From IMG/VR virus record IMGVR_UViG_3300025141_000040, positions 1 through 64,000 of that record: 64,000 nucleotides of DNA. One strand, 5' to 3'. This document shows positions 43,474 to 52,900 of this stretch, piece after piece. Numbering within the stretch: position 1 is the stretch's first letter; each line of letters opens with the position of its first letter. Source of the stretch: a virus. The notes under the pieces were generated by a model. That model was not told the DNA's origin, made no database searches, and saw only the letters and a list, made by a program, of their open reading frames with translations. Made by a program: the position numbers and the translations under genes.

Positions 43474-43625
43474 TCGGGGCGCGCGAACAGCGGCCTGCGT
43501 GGCTGCGAAAAGGAACCCGAACCGTGGCTGAAGCGTACAGGCGAATCTACTCCAATTCGGAGGGATACCTGCACATCGGAAGCCCCGCTTTCGGGGGAAA
43601 CACCGCAATCGCGGGAGGCAGACAA

Positions 43626-44291
43626 ATGGACTACGACGACTACGACGACTTCGGACTGGATCTGGTGGACGACGATCTCGGCTACGACGACTTCGACGGC
43701 GACTACGAAGATTTTGAGGACGACGACTTCCTGGGCGAGATGGACTACGCCTCCCTCGGCGCGATGGACTACGCCTCCCTGGGCGACGACGACGACGACG
43801 ACGACGAGGACGACCTCGGGCGTCGGCGGCGACGGCGGCGACGGCGCGGTCGGAAGCGGCGCAGGACACGCGGTCGGAAGCGGCGTCGTCCCTCCAAGCG
43901 GCGGGCGCGTCCCGCGAAGGCAAAGGCCCAGGTGGTTCAGAAGACGATCCTCACCGGCAACGTGCTCCTCGACAACACGGCGGGCACGATCACGATCCGC
44001 CCGCAGTTTGACTTCGTGGCCGAGGACGTGACGTTCATCGCGGTCACGGCGGCTCAGTGGACGGTCACCGGCATCCAGTTTGGAGATCGCATCGTGTTCT
44101 CCAACCCCACCGGAGTCCCCATCGCGGTGTTCGCCGTCGCGGGCTTCATGCGCGGACTCGTCAAGGGTGCGGCAATCGCGGCTGGCCTGGACATTCAGTT
44201 GTCCGTCGTCACGACCACGACCGAAACCCTCACGGCGGTCTTCACCGGGCTGAAGCGCGGAACGACCGGCTGCGGGCCGGGAGCCGTCTAG
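43626..44291 (+). CDS. Acidic-arm / poly-Arg-arm / beta-rich C-domain protein, paralogue 1
   Basis: GGGAGG 7 nt upstream of ATG 43626. The track extension from 43524 has only about 65% GC3 and rare codons. The C-domain is shared with gene 44435..45118 and ends in the same GLKRGTTGCGPGAV. Confidence 0.8.
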   Translation: MDYDDYDDFGLDLVDDDLGYDDFDGDYEDFEDDDFLGEMDYASLGAMDYASLGDDDDDDDEDDLGRRRRRRRRRGRKRRRTRGRKRRRPSKRRARPAKAKAQVVQKTILTGNVLLDNTAGTITIRPQFDFVAEDVTFIAVTAAQWTVTGIQFGDRIVFSNPTGVPIAVFAVAGFMRGLVKGAAIAAGLDIQLSVVTTTTETLTAVFTGLKRGTTGCGPGAV

Positions 44292-44297
44292 CCACCA

Positions 44298-44375
44298 AGG
44301 CGGTCGCCACGCCCCTTCGGGGGTAGATCGCCTGCCAGAATCGGAAAGCGCGGGGTCGAATGGTCGGCCCCGCGC
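44298..44375 (+). terminator. Two hairpins after paralogue 1: a CCCC-TTC-GGGG core (44312-44323) inside an imperfect longer stem, then GCGCGGGG-N12-CCCCGCGC (44348-44375)
   Basis: Stems read directly. No U-tract. Confidence 0.35.
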
Positions 44376-44434
44376 GCTCCGCAACCCCCCCACGGGACGC
44401 GAGCCGTCCCCCTGACGCTCTGAAGGAGCACACA

Positions 44435-45118
44435 ATGGACGACTTTGGCCTCGATCTCGTGGACGATGACCTCGGCGCGATGGACTACGCCAGCCTCGGC
44501 GGCTACATCGACTTCGGTGATGACGACGACGACGACGATGACTTCGGCATCGACTACTACGACTTCGGTGATGATGACGACGACGACGACGACGACGACC
44601 TCGGACGCCGCCGCCGCCGCCGCGCCAAGCGGGGACGCCGCCGTCGCCGCCGGGGAGGCGGTTCCCGTCGCCGCGCCAAGCGGCCCTCCAAGCGGCCCGC
44701 CGCCAAGAAGGCCCAGGTGGTGCAGAAGACCATGCTCGTCGGCACGACCGGCCCGCAGATCCTCGGCGCGTGGAACATCACGATCCGCCCACAGTTTGAC
44801 TTCGTGGCAGAGGATCTGACCTTCTCGGGTTCGATCATGGGCTCCAACGCGGGCGGTGTTCCGGGCGTGTGGTCGATCACGGGCATCCAGTTTGGCGACC
44901 GGATCGTCTTCAGCAACCCGGTCGGCGTCCCGGTTGCGATCTTCGTGGTCGGCGGGTTCATGCGTGGGCTGGTGAAGGGCGCGGCCATTGCGGCCGGACT
45001 CGACATTATGATCAACGCGGTCCTGACCAACGCGAACGCGACGACCCCCGGCACGCTGACCGCCACGTTCTCCGGGCTGAAGCGCGGCACCACGGGCTGC
45101 GGCCCCGGCGCGGTCTAG
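44435..45118 (+). CDS. Acidic-arm / poly-Arg-arm / beta-rich C-domain protein, paralogue 2
   Basis: GAAGGAG 6 nt upstream of ATG 44435. MDDFGLDLVDDDLG...GRRRRRRAKRGRRRRRR..., then ITIRPQFDFVAED...GIQFGDRIVFSNP...GFMRGLVKGAAIAAGLDI. Confidence 0.8.
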   Translation: MDDFGLDLVDDDLGAMDYASLGGYIDFGDDDDDDDDFGIDYYDFGDDDDDDDDDDLGRRRRRRAKRGRRRRRRGGGSRRRAKRPSKRPAAKKAQVVQKTMLVGTTGPQILGAWNITIRPQFDFVAEDLTFSGSIMGSNAGGVPGVWSITGIQFGDRIVFSNPVGVPVAIFVVGGFMRGLVKGAAIAAGLDIMINAVLTNANATTPGTLTATFSGLKRGTTGCGPGAV

Positions 45119-45122
45119 GCCA

Positions 45123-45145
45123 CCCCTTCGGGGCGGCTTCGGCTG
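45123..45145 (+). terminator. CCCC-TTC-GGGG and CGGC-TTCG-GCTG mini-hairpins after paralogue 2
   Basis: Same CTTCGG core as the hairpin after paralogue 1. The stems are short. Confidence 0.25.
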
Positions 45146-45161
45146 TCCTGACAAGCGCGTG

Positions 45162-45211
45162 AGTCTCGGGGCTGCGGGTTCGCCTATTATGGGCGTGCTC
45201 GCAGTCTCGGG
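45162..45211 (+). promoter_or_regulatory. Direct repeats AGTCTCGGG (45162-45170, 45203-45211) flanking the hairpin CGCC-TATTATG-GGCG (45181-45195) upstream of gene 45268
   Basis: TATTAT is the only -10-like hexamer in this GC-rich spacer. No -35 was found. Confidence 0.25.
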
Positions 45212-45267
45212 CTCGCAAGCGGGGGCCTCCGGCTACCGGGAACCCTCGCACTCACCCGGAGGTCGGC

Positions 45268-46017
45268 ATGGCTGGACGCGGCAACAGGTATCCGACCTTT
45301 GACGACCGTGAGGCGTTCTCTCGCGGTGCGCGCAAGCCTTCGGCGGTCCCTCGGGATCTCGCGGGCGTCCCCCTGCCCGCGAAGCTCTCCAACTACTACG
45401 CCCGCGACCAGATCGCCGCGAACCCGACGCAGGTGACCCCGGTGTGGTCCCCGACCAACCCGGCCACGCACAACTACACCAACTTCCTTCAAGGCGAAGC
45501 GCAGTTGACGTGGCCGCGCGTCATCAACATTTTCACGCAGCAGAACCGCCCCTTCGACGCCCGGATCGTGTGGACGGGTGGCGGCGGCACGTCCGGCATC
45601 GTGTTCGTGACCGGCTCGGGCGGTGGGCTTCAGTTGTTCGTCCGCTGCAAGACGATCCGCATCGATCTCGCCAACTGGTTGAACGTCGCGCAGGCCGTGA
45701 CCGTCGCCATTGAGGACGGGTTCGGGCAGACCCAGGAGCTTCACCGCATCATGCGCGGGCAGGCGCTTGCTGCCGGTACGTTCACGGAGGTCGATGTTCC
45801 AGCCTACGCCCGCGAGGTCCGCGTGGCTTCCGACGTGCCGGGACAGGCTCCATTGATCTTCGTGGGTCAGGTGGACGACGGCCCGACGATTATGTCGAGC
45901 TACACCGCCGACGAGGGCTTCGTCCCTGTAGGTGCTGCCTCGCGCCTGCGCGTGACCAACAACAACCCCGGAGCCCTGGCGAATTACGTCATTGACTACC
46001 GGCTCGGTTACCAATAG
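45268..46017 (+). CDS. Beta-rich hypothetical (possible virion) protein, 249 aa
   Basis: GGAGG 6 nt upstream. Composition rich in V/T/G/N strands. No motif recognised. Confidence 0.75.
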   Translation: MAGRGNRYPTFDDREAFSRGARKPSAVPRDLAGVPLPAKLSNYYARDQIAANPTQVTPVWSPTNPATHNYTNFLQGEAQLTWPRVINIFTQQNRPFDARIVWTGGGGTSGIVFVTGSGGGLQLFVRCKTIRIDLANWLNVAQAVTVAIEDGFGQTQELHRIMRGQALAAGTFTEVDVPAYAREVRVASDVPGQAPLIFVGQVDDGPTIMSSYTADEGFVPVGAASRLRVTNNNPGALANYVIDYRLGYQ

Positions 46018-46036
46018 CCAGGAGGCCAGGAGAACC

Positions 46037-46633
46037 ATGAGCAAGACCCATGACCGCCAGGATGCGATGATCGCCTTCGGGCGCTCCCTGCTCGGAGCGG
46101 GCGGCTTCGGTGACGACTTCTTCGATGATGCCGCCGACCGGGGCGCTGCCGACTTTGAGCGCCTTGGCGACTCCGGCTTCTTCCACGACGCTGCCGACCG
46201 GGGCGCTGCCGACTTTGAGGTCGCCAACCCCGAGTGGGCCGACGACTACGGCGACGACCTCGACGCGATCACCGACGACGACCTCCACGATGCCTTCCAC
46301 AGCATGATGGGTGGATTCGGCGCGGATCGCTGGCCCCTGGCCCTCTGGCAAAAGTGGGGCACGCGCGACTGGCCCAACGGGCAGCGCGGCTACGGCTACA
46401 CCGTCCGAGGTTCCTACGGCCTCACCTGGGCGATTGTCCCGGCTGGCGGCAGGCGGTGGAACCTCAACGTCACGAACAAGCACGGTTTCCGCAAGACCTG
46501 GGGGCCGTTCAAGAACCCCACGGCGGCGACGGAGGCCAAGCGGAAGATGCTCGCTGGCGGCATGGCCGAGCGCCTGCGTTCCGTGGGTCGGTACACGGAC
46601 CCGCGCACGGTCTGGGCGCGGTGGTCCCGATGA
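46037..46633 (+). CDS. Hypothetical protein carrying two AADRGAADFE modules
   Basis: AGGAGG...GGAGA upstream of ATG 46037. The stop overlaps the next ATG (ATGA). Confidence 0.75.
   Translation: MSKTHDRQDAMIAFGRSLLGAGGFGDDFFDDAADRGAADFERLGDSGFFHDAADRGAADFEVANPEWADDYGDDLDAITDDDLHDAFHSMMGGFGADRWPLALWQKWGTRDWPNGQRGYGYTVRGSYGLTWAIVPAGGRRWNLNVTNKHGFRKTWGPFKNPTAATEAKRKMLAGGMAERLRSVGRYTDPRTVWARWSR
46133..46258 (+). repeat. 27-nt direct repeat (46133-46159 and 46193-46219), and a 46-nt segment (46213-46258) repeated exactly at 47418-47463
   Basis: Encodes AADRGAADFE and FEVANPEWADDYGDD. Confidence 0.85.
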
Positions 46634-48780
46634 ACAACGTCCACGCCCGACAGCGAGCCGCCGACAGCATGGGCGCGGCCCTCGTCGCCGCCGATGCCTA
46701 CGGCAAGGACTCCGGCGAGCAGATGGAAGTCAACACCCGACGTGGCGGCGTGCGGTGGGGACCGCAGCGTCCGGTCCACGACGACTTCGGAGCCGAGATC
46801 GACGTGGACCTGTGGGATCTCCGCGAGGCCGTGGAGAACGCGATGGAGTCCGCCTCGGCCAAGGCGTACAGCTTCGCTACTCGACCCGCTGCTGCGCGGG
46901 AAGTAGCGGCAGCAGACTTCCGCGCCGTCGTCGCGCAGATCGCCATTCGGTACGACACGACGCAGGCGTTCGTGAAGCAGCACGTCGCACCGCTCTCGGT
47001 GTGGGAGTCGATGTACGTTCGCGCGGTCAAGCAGTCCTTGGCGAAGCGGGGCTGGTCGCGCAAGGAGATCGCGGAGCAGGGCTTCGGCGTCCGAGTAATG
47101 GACAACCGCACGCGACGGGCGTTCAGCAAGCGGAAGTACGGGGGGCTCTCCGGCCCGCAGCTTCTCCGGCTCCGGTCGATCATCAACGCTGGCCCGCGCG
47201 TGTTCCTGTCCCGTGAGCCCAACCGCACGGAACAGGCGTTGATCTCCAAGGGTGTCCTCCGGCACGACTTCAAGGACGGCGGCTCCTGGCTCGCCGTCAC
47301 CGGCAAGGGCATGAAGGTGTGGGGCGACGGGATCCTGGCCGCGCGAAGCCACGGCTACGCCGACTACTTCGGCGCGGACGGACCCTGGACCGACGCTGCC
47401 GACCGTGGTGCGCGGGCCTTTGAGGTCGCCAACCCCGAGTGGGCCGACGACTACGGCGACGACGACAACGATCTGCACGCAGCCTTCCACGCGCAGATGC
47501 AGGATCAGGGCATCGAAGGCTGCGGTTGTCACGCGGTCGGCGGTGGGTGCTGCGACGGCTTCGGCGGCGCGGACAAGGAAGCGTTCTTCAACATGGGTCG
47601 AACGGCCTTCCGTGCCACCGGCAAGAAGGTCGCCACGATGAACGACCTTGACCGGGCGCTGAAGCGGTCGAGATTGGACGAGGGCTCCTGGCAACGCAAC
47701 GCCTTCAAGGAGGGATTCGACTACGCCCACGCCCACGCCAACGGCGATGTGTATGAAATTGCGGATATTGAAAACCGAATGTGGTCTAAGGGCCACTTCG
47801 TGCCGAGTGCCTTCGGCGGCGGCTCCGCGCAGTCGGTGGCGCTGGCCGAAACGCTCGACAACGCCGGAGCCTGGAAGCGGCAGCAGATCAAGCTCTCCGC
47901 AGGGCTCCGCAACGTGCAGCGGCGGTACAACGCCGCGAAGGCTATCGGCAACGACCGGGACGCTCGCGCGCTCGCGCAGCAGGCCCGTGTCCTGGCAGGC
48001 CACGTCCAAGCGGCGTCCGCTGCCTACACCGAGTTGACGACGGGCGCGCGGAAGCTCGCCAAGCGCCACGGCGTCCGCCTGGGCGCGCGGGACTGGCCGT
48101 ACTCCCCGCCCATCGCCCCTCCGGGGCAACCTCAAGGTCTGAGTCCTGGGATGCACCAGCCCTTGCCGGGACACAAAGGGACCGGCGCGGGTAGGGGCAC
48201 CTTCTCGCTTCGGGACCGCTTCGGGAAGCCGCTCGGCTTCGACCAGCGCAAGCAGGCTGTGGACGTGATCTACCGCTCCGGGTTCCTGGGTGGCAGCACG
48301 CACGTCAAGGAGGCCGGAAGCCCCGAAGCCGCAATCGAGCAGGCCGTCTACGCGATGTATGCGGGTGGCGCGCGGCGGTTCTCGACGTGGAACAACGGCC
48401 GTCGAGTCTCCTACAACTACAAGACCGGCACGGTCCCCGGTCAGTTGCCGTCCGGCACCTTCCGTGTCGGCCAGCGGGCGCGGACCCGCCACGGCGTCAC
48501 CCTGGGCGGCTTCGCAGGCTCACTGGCGAAGGAGGTTCGCGCCATGAACCCCGAATTGTCCGTCACCGTAGAGCGCAAGGCGAAGCGTGCCGCGCTGCTT
48601 TTCTACTCCGGCAAGGTCCAGCCGCGCGAGGGTGCGGTCCCTGTGTGGATGACGTGGCGCGAGGTCTGGATCAAGAAGCCTTCCGACTCGTCCTACCAGC
48701 CTTTCTTCACCGCGAACACGCCGGAGGCGGCGCAGTTGGTCTACGACGGGATGCGTTCGCACCGTTGGTACGGAGAGTAG
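46630..48780 (+). CDS. Large hypothetical protein (716 aa) sharing the AADRGA-FEVANPEWADDYGDD module
   Basis: ATG 46630 is coupled to the upstream stop. The track extension from 46234 lies in the frame of the preceding region only by chance. Contains the GCGCHAVGGGCCDGFGG Cys cluster. Confidence 0.8.
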   Translation: MNNVHARQRAADSMGAALVAADAYGKDSGEQMEVNTRRGGVRWGPQRPVHDDFGAEIDVDLWDLREAVENAMESASAKAYSFATRPAAAREVAAADFRAVVAQIAIRYDTTQAFVKQHVAPLSVWESMYVRAVKQSLAKRGWSRKEIAEQGFGVRVMDNRTRRAFSKRKYGGLSGPQLLRLRSIINAGPRVFLSREPNRTEQALISKGVLRHDFKDGGSWLAVTGKGMKVWGDGILAARSHGYADYFGADGPWTDAADRGARAFEVANPEWADDYGDDDNDLHAAFHAQMQDQGIEGCGCHAVGGGCCDGFGGADKEAFFNMGRTAFRATGKKVATMNDLDRALKRSRLDEGSWQRNAFKEGFDYAHAHANGDVYEIADIENRMWSKGHFVPSAFGGGSAQSVALAETLDNAGAWKRQQIKLSAGLRNVQRRYNAAKAIGNDRDARALAQQARVLAGHVQAASAAYTELTTGARKLAKRHGVRLGARDWPYSPPIAPPGQPQGLSPGMHQPLPGHKGTGAGRGTFSLRDRFGKPLGFDQRKQAVDVIYRSGFLGGSTHVKEAGSPEAAIEQAVYAMYAGGARRFSTWNNGRRVSYNYKTGTVPGQLPSGTFRVGQRARTRHGVTLGGFAGSLAKEVRAMNPELSVTVERKAKRAALLFYSGKVQPREGAVPVWMTWREVWIKKPSDSSYQPFFTANTPEAAQLVYDGMRSHRWYGE
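47418..47463 (+). repeat. 46-nt exact copy of 46213-46258 inside the next gene
   Basis: CTTTGAGGTCGCCAACCCCGAGTGGGCCGACGACTACGGCGACGAC at both loci. Confidence 0.85.
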
Positions 48781-48786
48781 TCGCGC

Positions 48787-49434
48787 ATGGACATAACCGT
48801 CGCCCTGGCGTTTCAAGAGAAAGGCGCACTCCGACTGCTGAATTGGCTGGCCGGTGAGAACGCGCTGATCTTCCGCGCCTACGACAAGCGCGCGAAGCGC
48901 AAGGGCGAGGCGAAGCTGCCGGGGCTCTACCAGTCCGGCATCCGGTACGAAACGGAGGAGGTCGAAACGTGGTCCGACTACCTCAACACGCTGATCCAGG
49001 GTCACGAGGACTGCGATGCGCTCGCAGCGATCCGTGCCGGTGAGCTTCGTGCCCGAGGCTGGAAGGCCATGCGGCCCCGCGACGAGCGCGACCCGGTTCG
49101 CTACCCCGGCGACGAGGGCTACGGGCTCGCTCGACGGCTCCGAGTGAAGTCGATCCCGGCCGAGGTCATCCTGACGACGCGGACGGAGCCCGGTCGCCCC
49201 GGCCTCTACCACTGTGTCGTGAAGTACCGCCTCCCCGGCAACCCCAAGGTCTTCTACGACGATCCCTCCGCACGCCTGGGGATGCTCGGCAACCCCGACG
49301 CCCCCGAGGTTAGGGACAAGCTCTCCGATCCCCGGAAGATCCTGGGGCAGAACGGCGTGCGATCCATCGTCCTGACCGCCAACGAGGGCGGGCTGATTGT
49401 CGGTCGCCGCCGACGCAAGCGGAGGCGCACATGA
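48787..49434 (+). CDS. Transglutaminase-like / papain-fold cysteine protease candidate with poly-Arg C-tail
   Basis: GHEDCDALAAIRAGELRARG (Cys), GLYHCVVKY (His) and FYDDPS (Asp) occur in the order typical of transglutaminase-like proteases. Ends in GRRRRKRRRT. Confidence 0.6.
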   Translation: MDITVALAFQEKGALRLLNWLAGENALIFRAYDKRAKRKGEAKLPGLYQSGIRYETEEVETWSDYLNTLIQGHEDCDALAAIRAGELRARGWKAMRPRDERDPVRYPGDEGYGLARRLRVKSIPAEVILTTRTEPGRPGLYHCVVKYRLPGNPKVFYDDPSARLGMLGNPDAPEVRDKLSDPRKILGQNGVRSIVLTANEGGLIVGRRRRKRRRT

Positions 49435-51191
49435 GCAGCGTGTTCGGCAGACGGAAGGCTCCCAAGGTCGCGGACAGCGTGGCGCAGGCTCCCAAGGTCG
49501 CGGAGCGCCCGCACAACGCGACGTTCCCGCTCCTCGCGTCCGGCTGGACGACGTTCGGCGTCGAGCCCGGTGACGACAACGGCACCGAGGAGGTCGAGCG
49601 CGGCATGGGCGGTGACCCCTGGGACACCGAGTACGACTGGAACGACCCCGACCGGCCGGACAACCCCAACTACGGTCCCGCGTTCGGGGCCGAGGGGAAC
49701 CTCACCGGCCAGGGCACGGCGCGACTGCACGCCCGCCGGACCATGCCCGCGCTCACCATCGAGAACGTCCGCCAGCAGATCGCGGGCCTGACCCGTTCCA
49801 TCGCCAACCGCCGCACGGGGCTTCGGGAGGACGGCGACAGCCTCGCGGCGTTGATCAGGAAGCGCGGGAAGCTCGTAAGGCTGCTCGCCGTGTTGCGGGC
49901 GCAGGCCGGGGGCACGAGCTTCGGGTCGAGCTTCCGCACAAAGGCCCCCTTCGTCGTGCGCGGGATCACGTTCCCGACCGGAACCGCCTTCACGCTCGTC
50001 AAGCGCGTGCGGGACGGCCGGACGGTGTGGGACTACCAGACGCCGGACGGTGGAAGCGGACAGACCGTGCTTCCGAAGGGCGCGAAGATCCCGAGCTTCG
50101 GGTCGAGCTTCCCCGCCGTGGACGAACCCCTCACCGACGCGATCCTCGACTACTCGCGTGCGTGGCAGGACGAGGCGATGCAGCCGCCTCCGACCGACGT
50201 GGCCGACGAGGACGCCGAGCAGGCCGAGGACGCGATCATCGCCCTGTCCGACGCAATCGTCGCGTTGCAGTCGGCAGCGGCGCAGTTGGCGACCGTTCAA
50301 CCCGGCACCGACCAGGGCGGGCGTTACCGGCACCAGCGGCTCGTTGACGCCGCCGCGCAGTTGAACGACCAGTTTTTCTACGGCGTGAAGGACGGCGACG
50401 GTTCCGAGTTGGACTGGACGGCGATCATGCCCGAGCTTCCCGGCACGTCCGGTGGCGGCGTGGCGGTGTTCGGCGGCGCGTCCCGCGTGTTCGGCGCGTC
50501 CTCCGGCTGGCAGCGGGGTGGCGGCGGCTACGCCAAGATCGTCAAGGGCGGCAAGCTCCGCGTGTGGGGCGGACAGCGCCGCTGGCACTTGGACTTCATG
50601 CCGGACGGCTCCTGGGGCTACACCGATGCGATGCCCTTGGGGCGCTTCCGGTCGGCGTCCGCCGCGATGAAGTCCCCCGCCGCGCAGCGCACCGCGTTCG
50701 GCGCGGTGAAGCCGAAGCCGACCCGGAAGGTCGCGCCGAAGCGACTCACGCACGTTCCGGTCGAAGCCGGGGACGCCGGGACGATCCTCCTCTCGGTTGC
50801 GTCGGTCCTCACCGCCGCCGATGTGCTCGATCTCGCCGCGTCCATCGCGGAAGCCGCCGCGAGCATCCAGCAGCGGGCGTTTGAGTGGGAGTCGCGCCGT
50901 CAGGGGCTCCCGCAGCTTCCCGGCCAGGAGATCATGAAGCAGTTGGCGTCGAACGATCTCGTACAGCCCGGTGGCGGCGGGTTCAAGTGGGGCGGCGTCG
51001 AGGGTGATGCGACATTCGGCGGACTGGAAACGGACGCGCTAGAAGCCAGCGTTTCTGGACAGGATTTGCGGTACGCTTCGCGTGCGCGCGTCGGGCTCGA
51101 CAACGATCAGAAGTGGGCCGAGGGCCAGGGTCGGTGGGGTGACGCGAACGAAAACATCAAGGTCGGGGCGCTGCTCCGGCGCGGAGACTGA
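49431..51191 (+). CDS. Hypothetical protein (586 aa)
   Basis: ATGA overlap with the upstream gene. Internal duplication: (G/P)SFGSSF at two sites. Confidence 0.8.
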   Translation: MSSVFGRRKAPKVADSVAQAPKVAERPHNATFPLLASGWTTFGVEPGDDNGTEEVERGMGGDPWDTEYDWNDPDRPDNPNYGPAFGAEGNLTGQGTARLHARRTMPALTIENVRQQIAGLTRSIANRRTGLREDGDSLAALIRKRGKLVRLLAVLRAQAGGTSFGSSFRTKAPFVVRGITFPTGTAFTLVKRVRDGRTVWDYQTPDGGSGQTVLPKGAKIPSFGSSFPAVDEPLTDAILDYSRAWQDEAMQPPPTDVADEDAEQAEDAIIALSDAIVALQSAAAQLATVQPGTDQGGRYRHQRLVDAAAQLNDQFFYGVKDGDGSELDWTAIMPELPGTSGGGVAVFGGASRVFGASSGWQRGGGGYAKIVKGGKLRVWGGQRRWHLDFMPDGSWGYTDAMPLGRFRSASAAMKSPAAQRTAFGAVKPKPTRKVAPKRLTHVPVEAGDAGTILLSVASVLTAADVLDLAASIAEAAASIQQRAFEWESRRQGLPQLPGQEIMKQLASNDLVQPGGGGFKWGGVEGDATFGGLETDALEASVSGQDLRYASRARVGLDNDQKWAEGQGRWGDANENIKVGALLRRGD

Positions 51192-51194
51192 CCG

Positions 51195-52073
51195 ATGCTC
51201 TGGCTCCTCCCCGTCGCTGCTGGTGCAGCCTGGGTCTACAAGCTCTCCAAAAAGACCGCCCCTGCGGGCGTGCCTGGAAACCGGATTCGGATGCGCGACG
51301 GTTCCACCGTGCGGCGTCCCCCCGGCCTCTCCGATGCTGCCTGGGCCGCAATCGCGGAAGGCCAGGGCTCGATCCGGGGCCTGCTCCCCGCGCCCATCGG
51401 TTCCGTGTCCTCCGAGGACGGCCATGAGGACTGGTTCGTCGCCCGCACGAAGTCCGGCTGGCCGAATGAAATGAACCGCTTTGGCGGCGGCAACGACGTG
51501 ATCGACCCGAGCATCATCGTCGGCCTCAACGAGCGCGAGCGCGAGTTGTGGGTGATGAACGACGAAGGGCTCTACAACGACTGGCGCGCGTGGAAGCGCC
51601 GCCAGCGCAGTCGCGGGGCCTCCACGGCGACCCGGAAGTACCTGCGCGAGAACCGCGAGGAGATCGACGCCGCGATCAACCGCGCCCTCGGACGGGGCTT
51701 CGGGGCCTGGGCCGCAGACACCGACGATCAGGCGGACACGGACTCCGCGTTCGGCAAGGCCGTCCAGCACATGAGCGCGAGCGAGCTTCGGGCACACCGT
51801 GACAACCTGATCCGTCAGTACCGGGCCGTCCTCGGTCGGCGCACGAAGCTGACGAGGCGCTGGCGCATGAACGTGAAGGACTGGAAGGCCGGTCATCGCG
51901 GCGCGAAGGCGCGGCTAAACTTCACCCGCCAGATCGGCCGACGAAACGAGAAGCATCTTGGGCTCCTGTGGGTCCGCATCGCGCAGATCCAGAAGATCCT
52001 CCGCAACACCAGCCACCCGTTCGTTCCGCCCCGGCAGACGCGCTCGGCCGCTGCCTTCCTGGGGGCTTGGTAG
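51195..52073 (+). CDS. N-terminally membrane-anchored protein with the RRPxGxSDAAWxAxxxGxG module
   Basis: GGAGA 7 nt upstream. TM helix LWLLPVAAGAAWVY. The module is shared with micro-gene 53783..53959. Confidence 0.75.
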   Translation: MLWLLPVAAGAAWVYKLSKKTAPAGVPGNRIRMRDGSTVRRPPGLSDAAWAAIAEGQGSIRGLLPAPIGSVSSEDGHEDWFVARTKSGWPNEMNRFGGGNDVIDPSIIVGLNERERELWVMNDEGLYNDWRAWKRRQRSRGASTATRKYLRENREEIDAAINRALGRGFGAWAADTDDQADTDSAFGKAVQHMSASELRAHRDNLIRQYRAVLGRRTKLTRRWRMNVKDWKAGHRGAKARLNFTRQIGRRNEKHLGLLWVRIAQIQKILRNTSHPFVPPRQTRSAAAFLGAW

Positions 52074-52078
52074 TCATC

Positions 52079-52897
52079 ATGCACCCCGGTCTGGTCATCG
52101 CCGCACTCGGAGCCGCCTGGGCGAATCGCCTGCGTGGCCCCGATCCGTCGATGGACGACCCGACGTTGACCGACTTCAGCGGGCCGGAGGACGACCGGCA
52201 TTCCATGACGCAGGACCGGCAGTACCCCCCGGCCAACCCGTTCGACAAGCCCAAGGCCCCGGCCCCCCGGCCCTCTCCCGGTGGATCACCTTCCCCGCGC
52301 ATCAGCCCGAATCCGGGGGTCGCCCCGGCCAAGCCCGTCACCCCGGCCAAGCCCAAAAAGGGTGCGCTCAAAAAGGGCGCGGTCATCGACCCCACTCGTT
52401 GTCCTCGATCACAACAGTGGCCCGCGCAGGGGTGCCAGAATACGAGCGACTGGCGTTCCACGGGGCGCGGCGGTGCCTCTCAATTCAAGCGTTCGTACTT
52501 CGGCAAGGAGCCACCCATGAGCCAGCACATCGACCTCGGCAGCAGCCACTACTCCCACTTGGGCGGCGTTGCCGCGTTCGGCAGGCGTCCTTCGACCGTG
52601 ATCCTGCCCGGTGGTCGGGAAATGTTCATGGACAACCCGAAGGAGGGGAAGAAGAAGCGGCAGCGTGGCAAGGTGTCCGTCAACGTCGCCTTCAAGAAGG
52701 GCGGCTGGAAGAAGATGGAGCAGCGGGCCGCGAAGCGCGCGATCAAGGTGTTGGAGGCCGAGGGCTACGACGTGAACCGGGTTCTCCGCACCACGCTGGT
52801 CATCATCCCGGCCACGCCCATCGGCCCCGTACCGTTTCTCTACAAGGGGTGGGCCGTCGCCAAGGTGGTCGCCAAGGCGACGTATTACGAGGATTAG
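52079..52897 (+). CDS. Hypothetical protein with hydrophobic N-terminus and Pro-rich linker
   Basis: ATG 52079 lies 5 nt after the upstream TAG. N-terminus is MHPGLVIAALGAAWA. Confidence 0.65.
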   Translation: MHPGLVIAALGAAWANRLRGPDPSMDDPTLTDFSGPEDDRHSMTQDRQYPPANPFDKPKAPAPRPSPGGSPSPRISPNPGVAPAKPVTPAKPKKGALKKGAVIDPTRCPRSQQWPAQGCQNTSDWRSTGRGGASQFKRSYFGKEPPMSQHIDLGSSHYSHLGGVAAFGRRPSTVILPGGREMFMDNPKEGKKKRQRGKVSVNVAFKKGGWKKMEQRAAKRAIKVLEAEGYDVNRVLRTTLVIIPATPIGPVPFLYKGWAVAKVVAKATYYED

Positions 52898-52900
52898 TCC

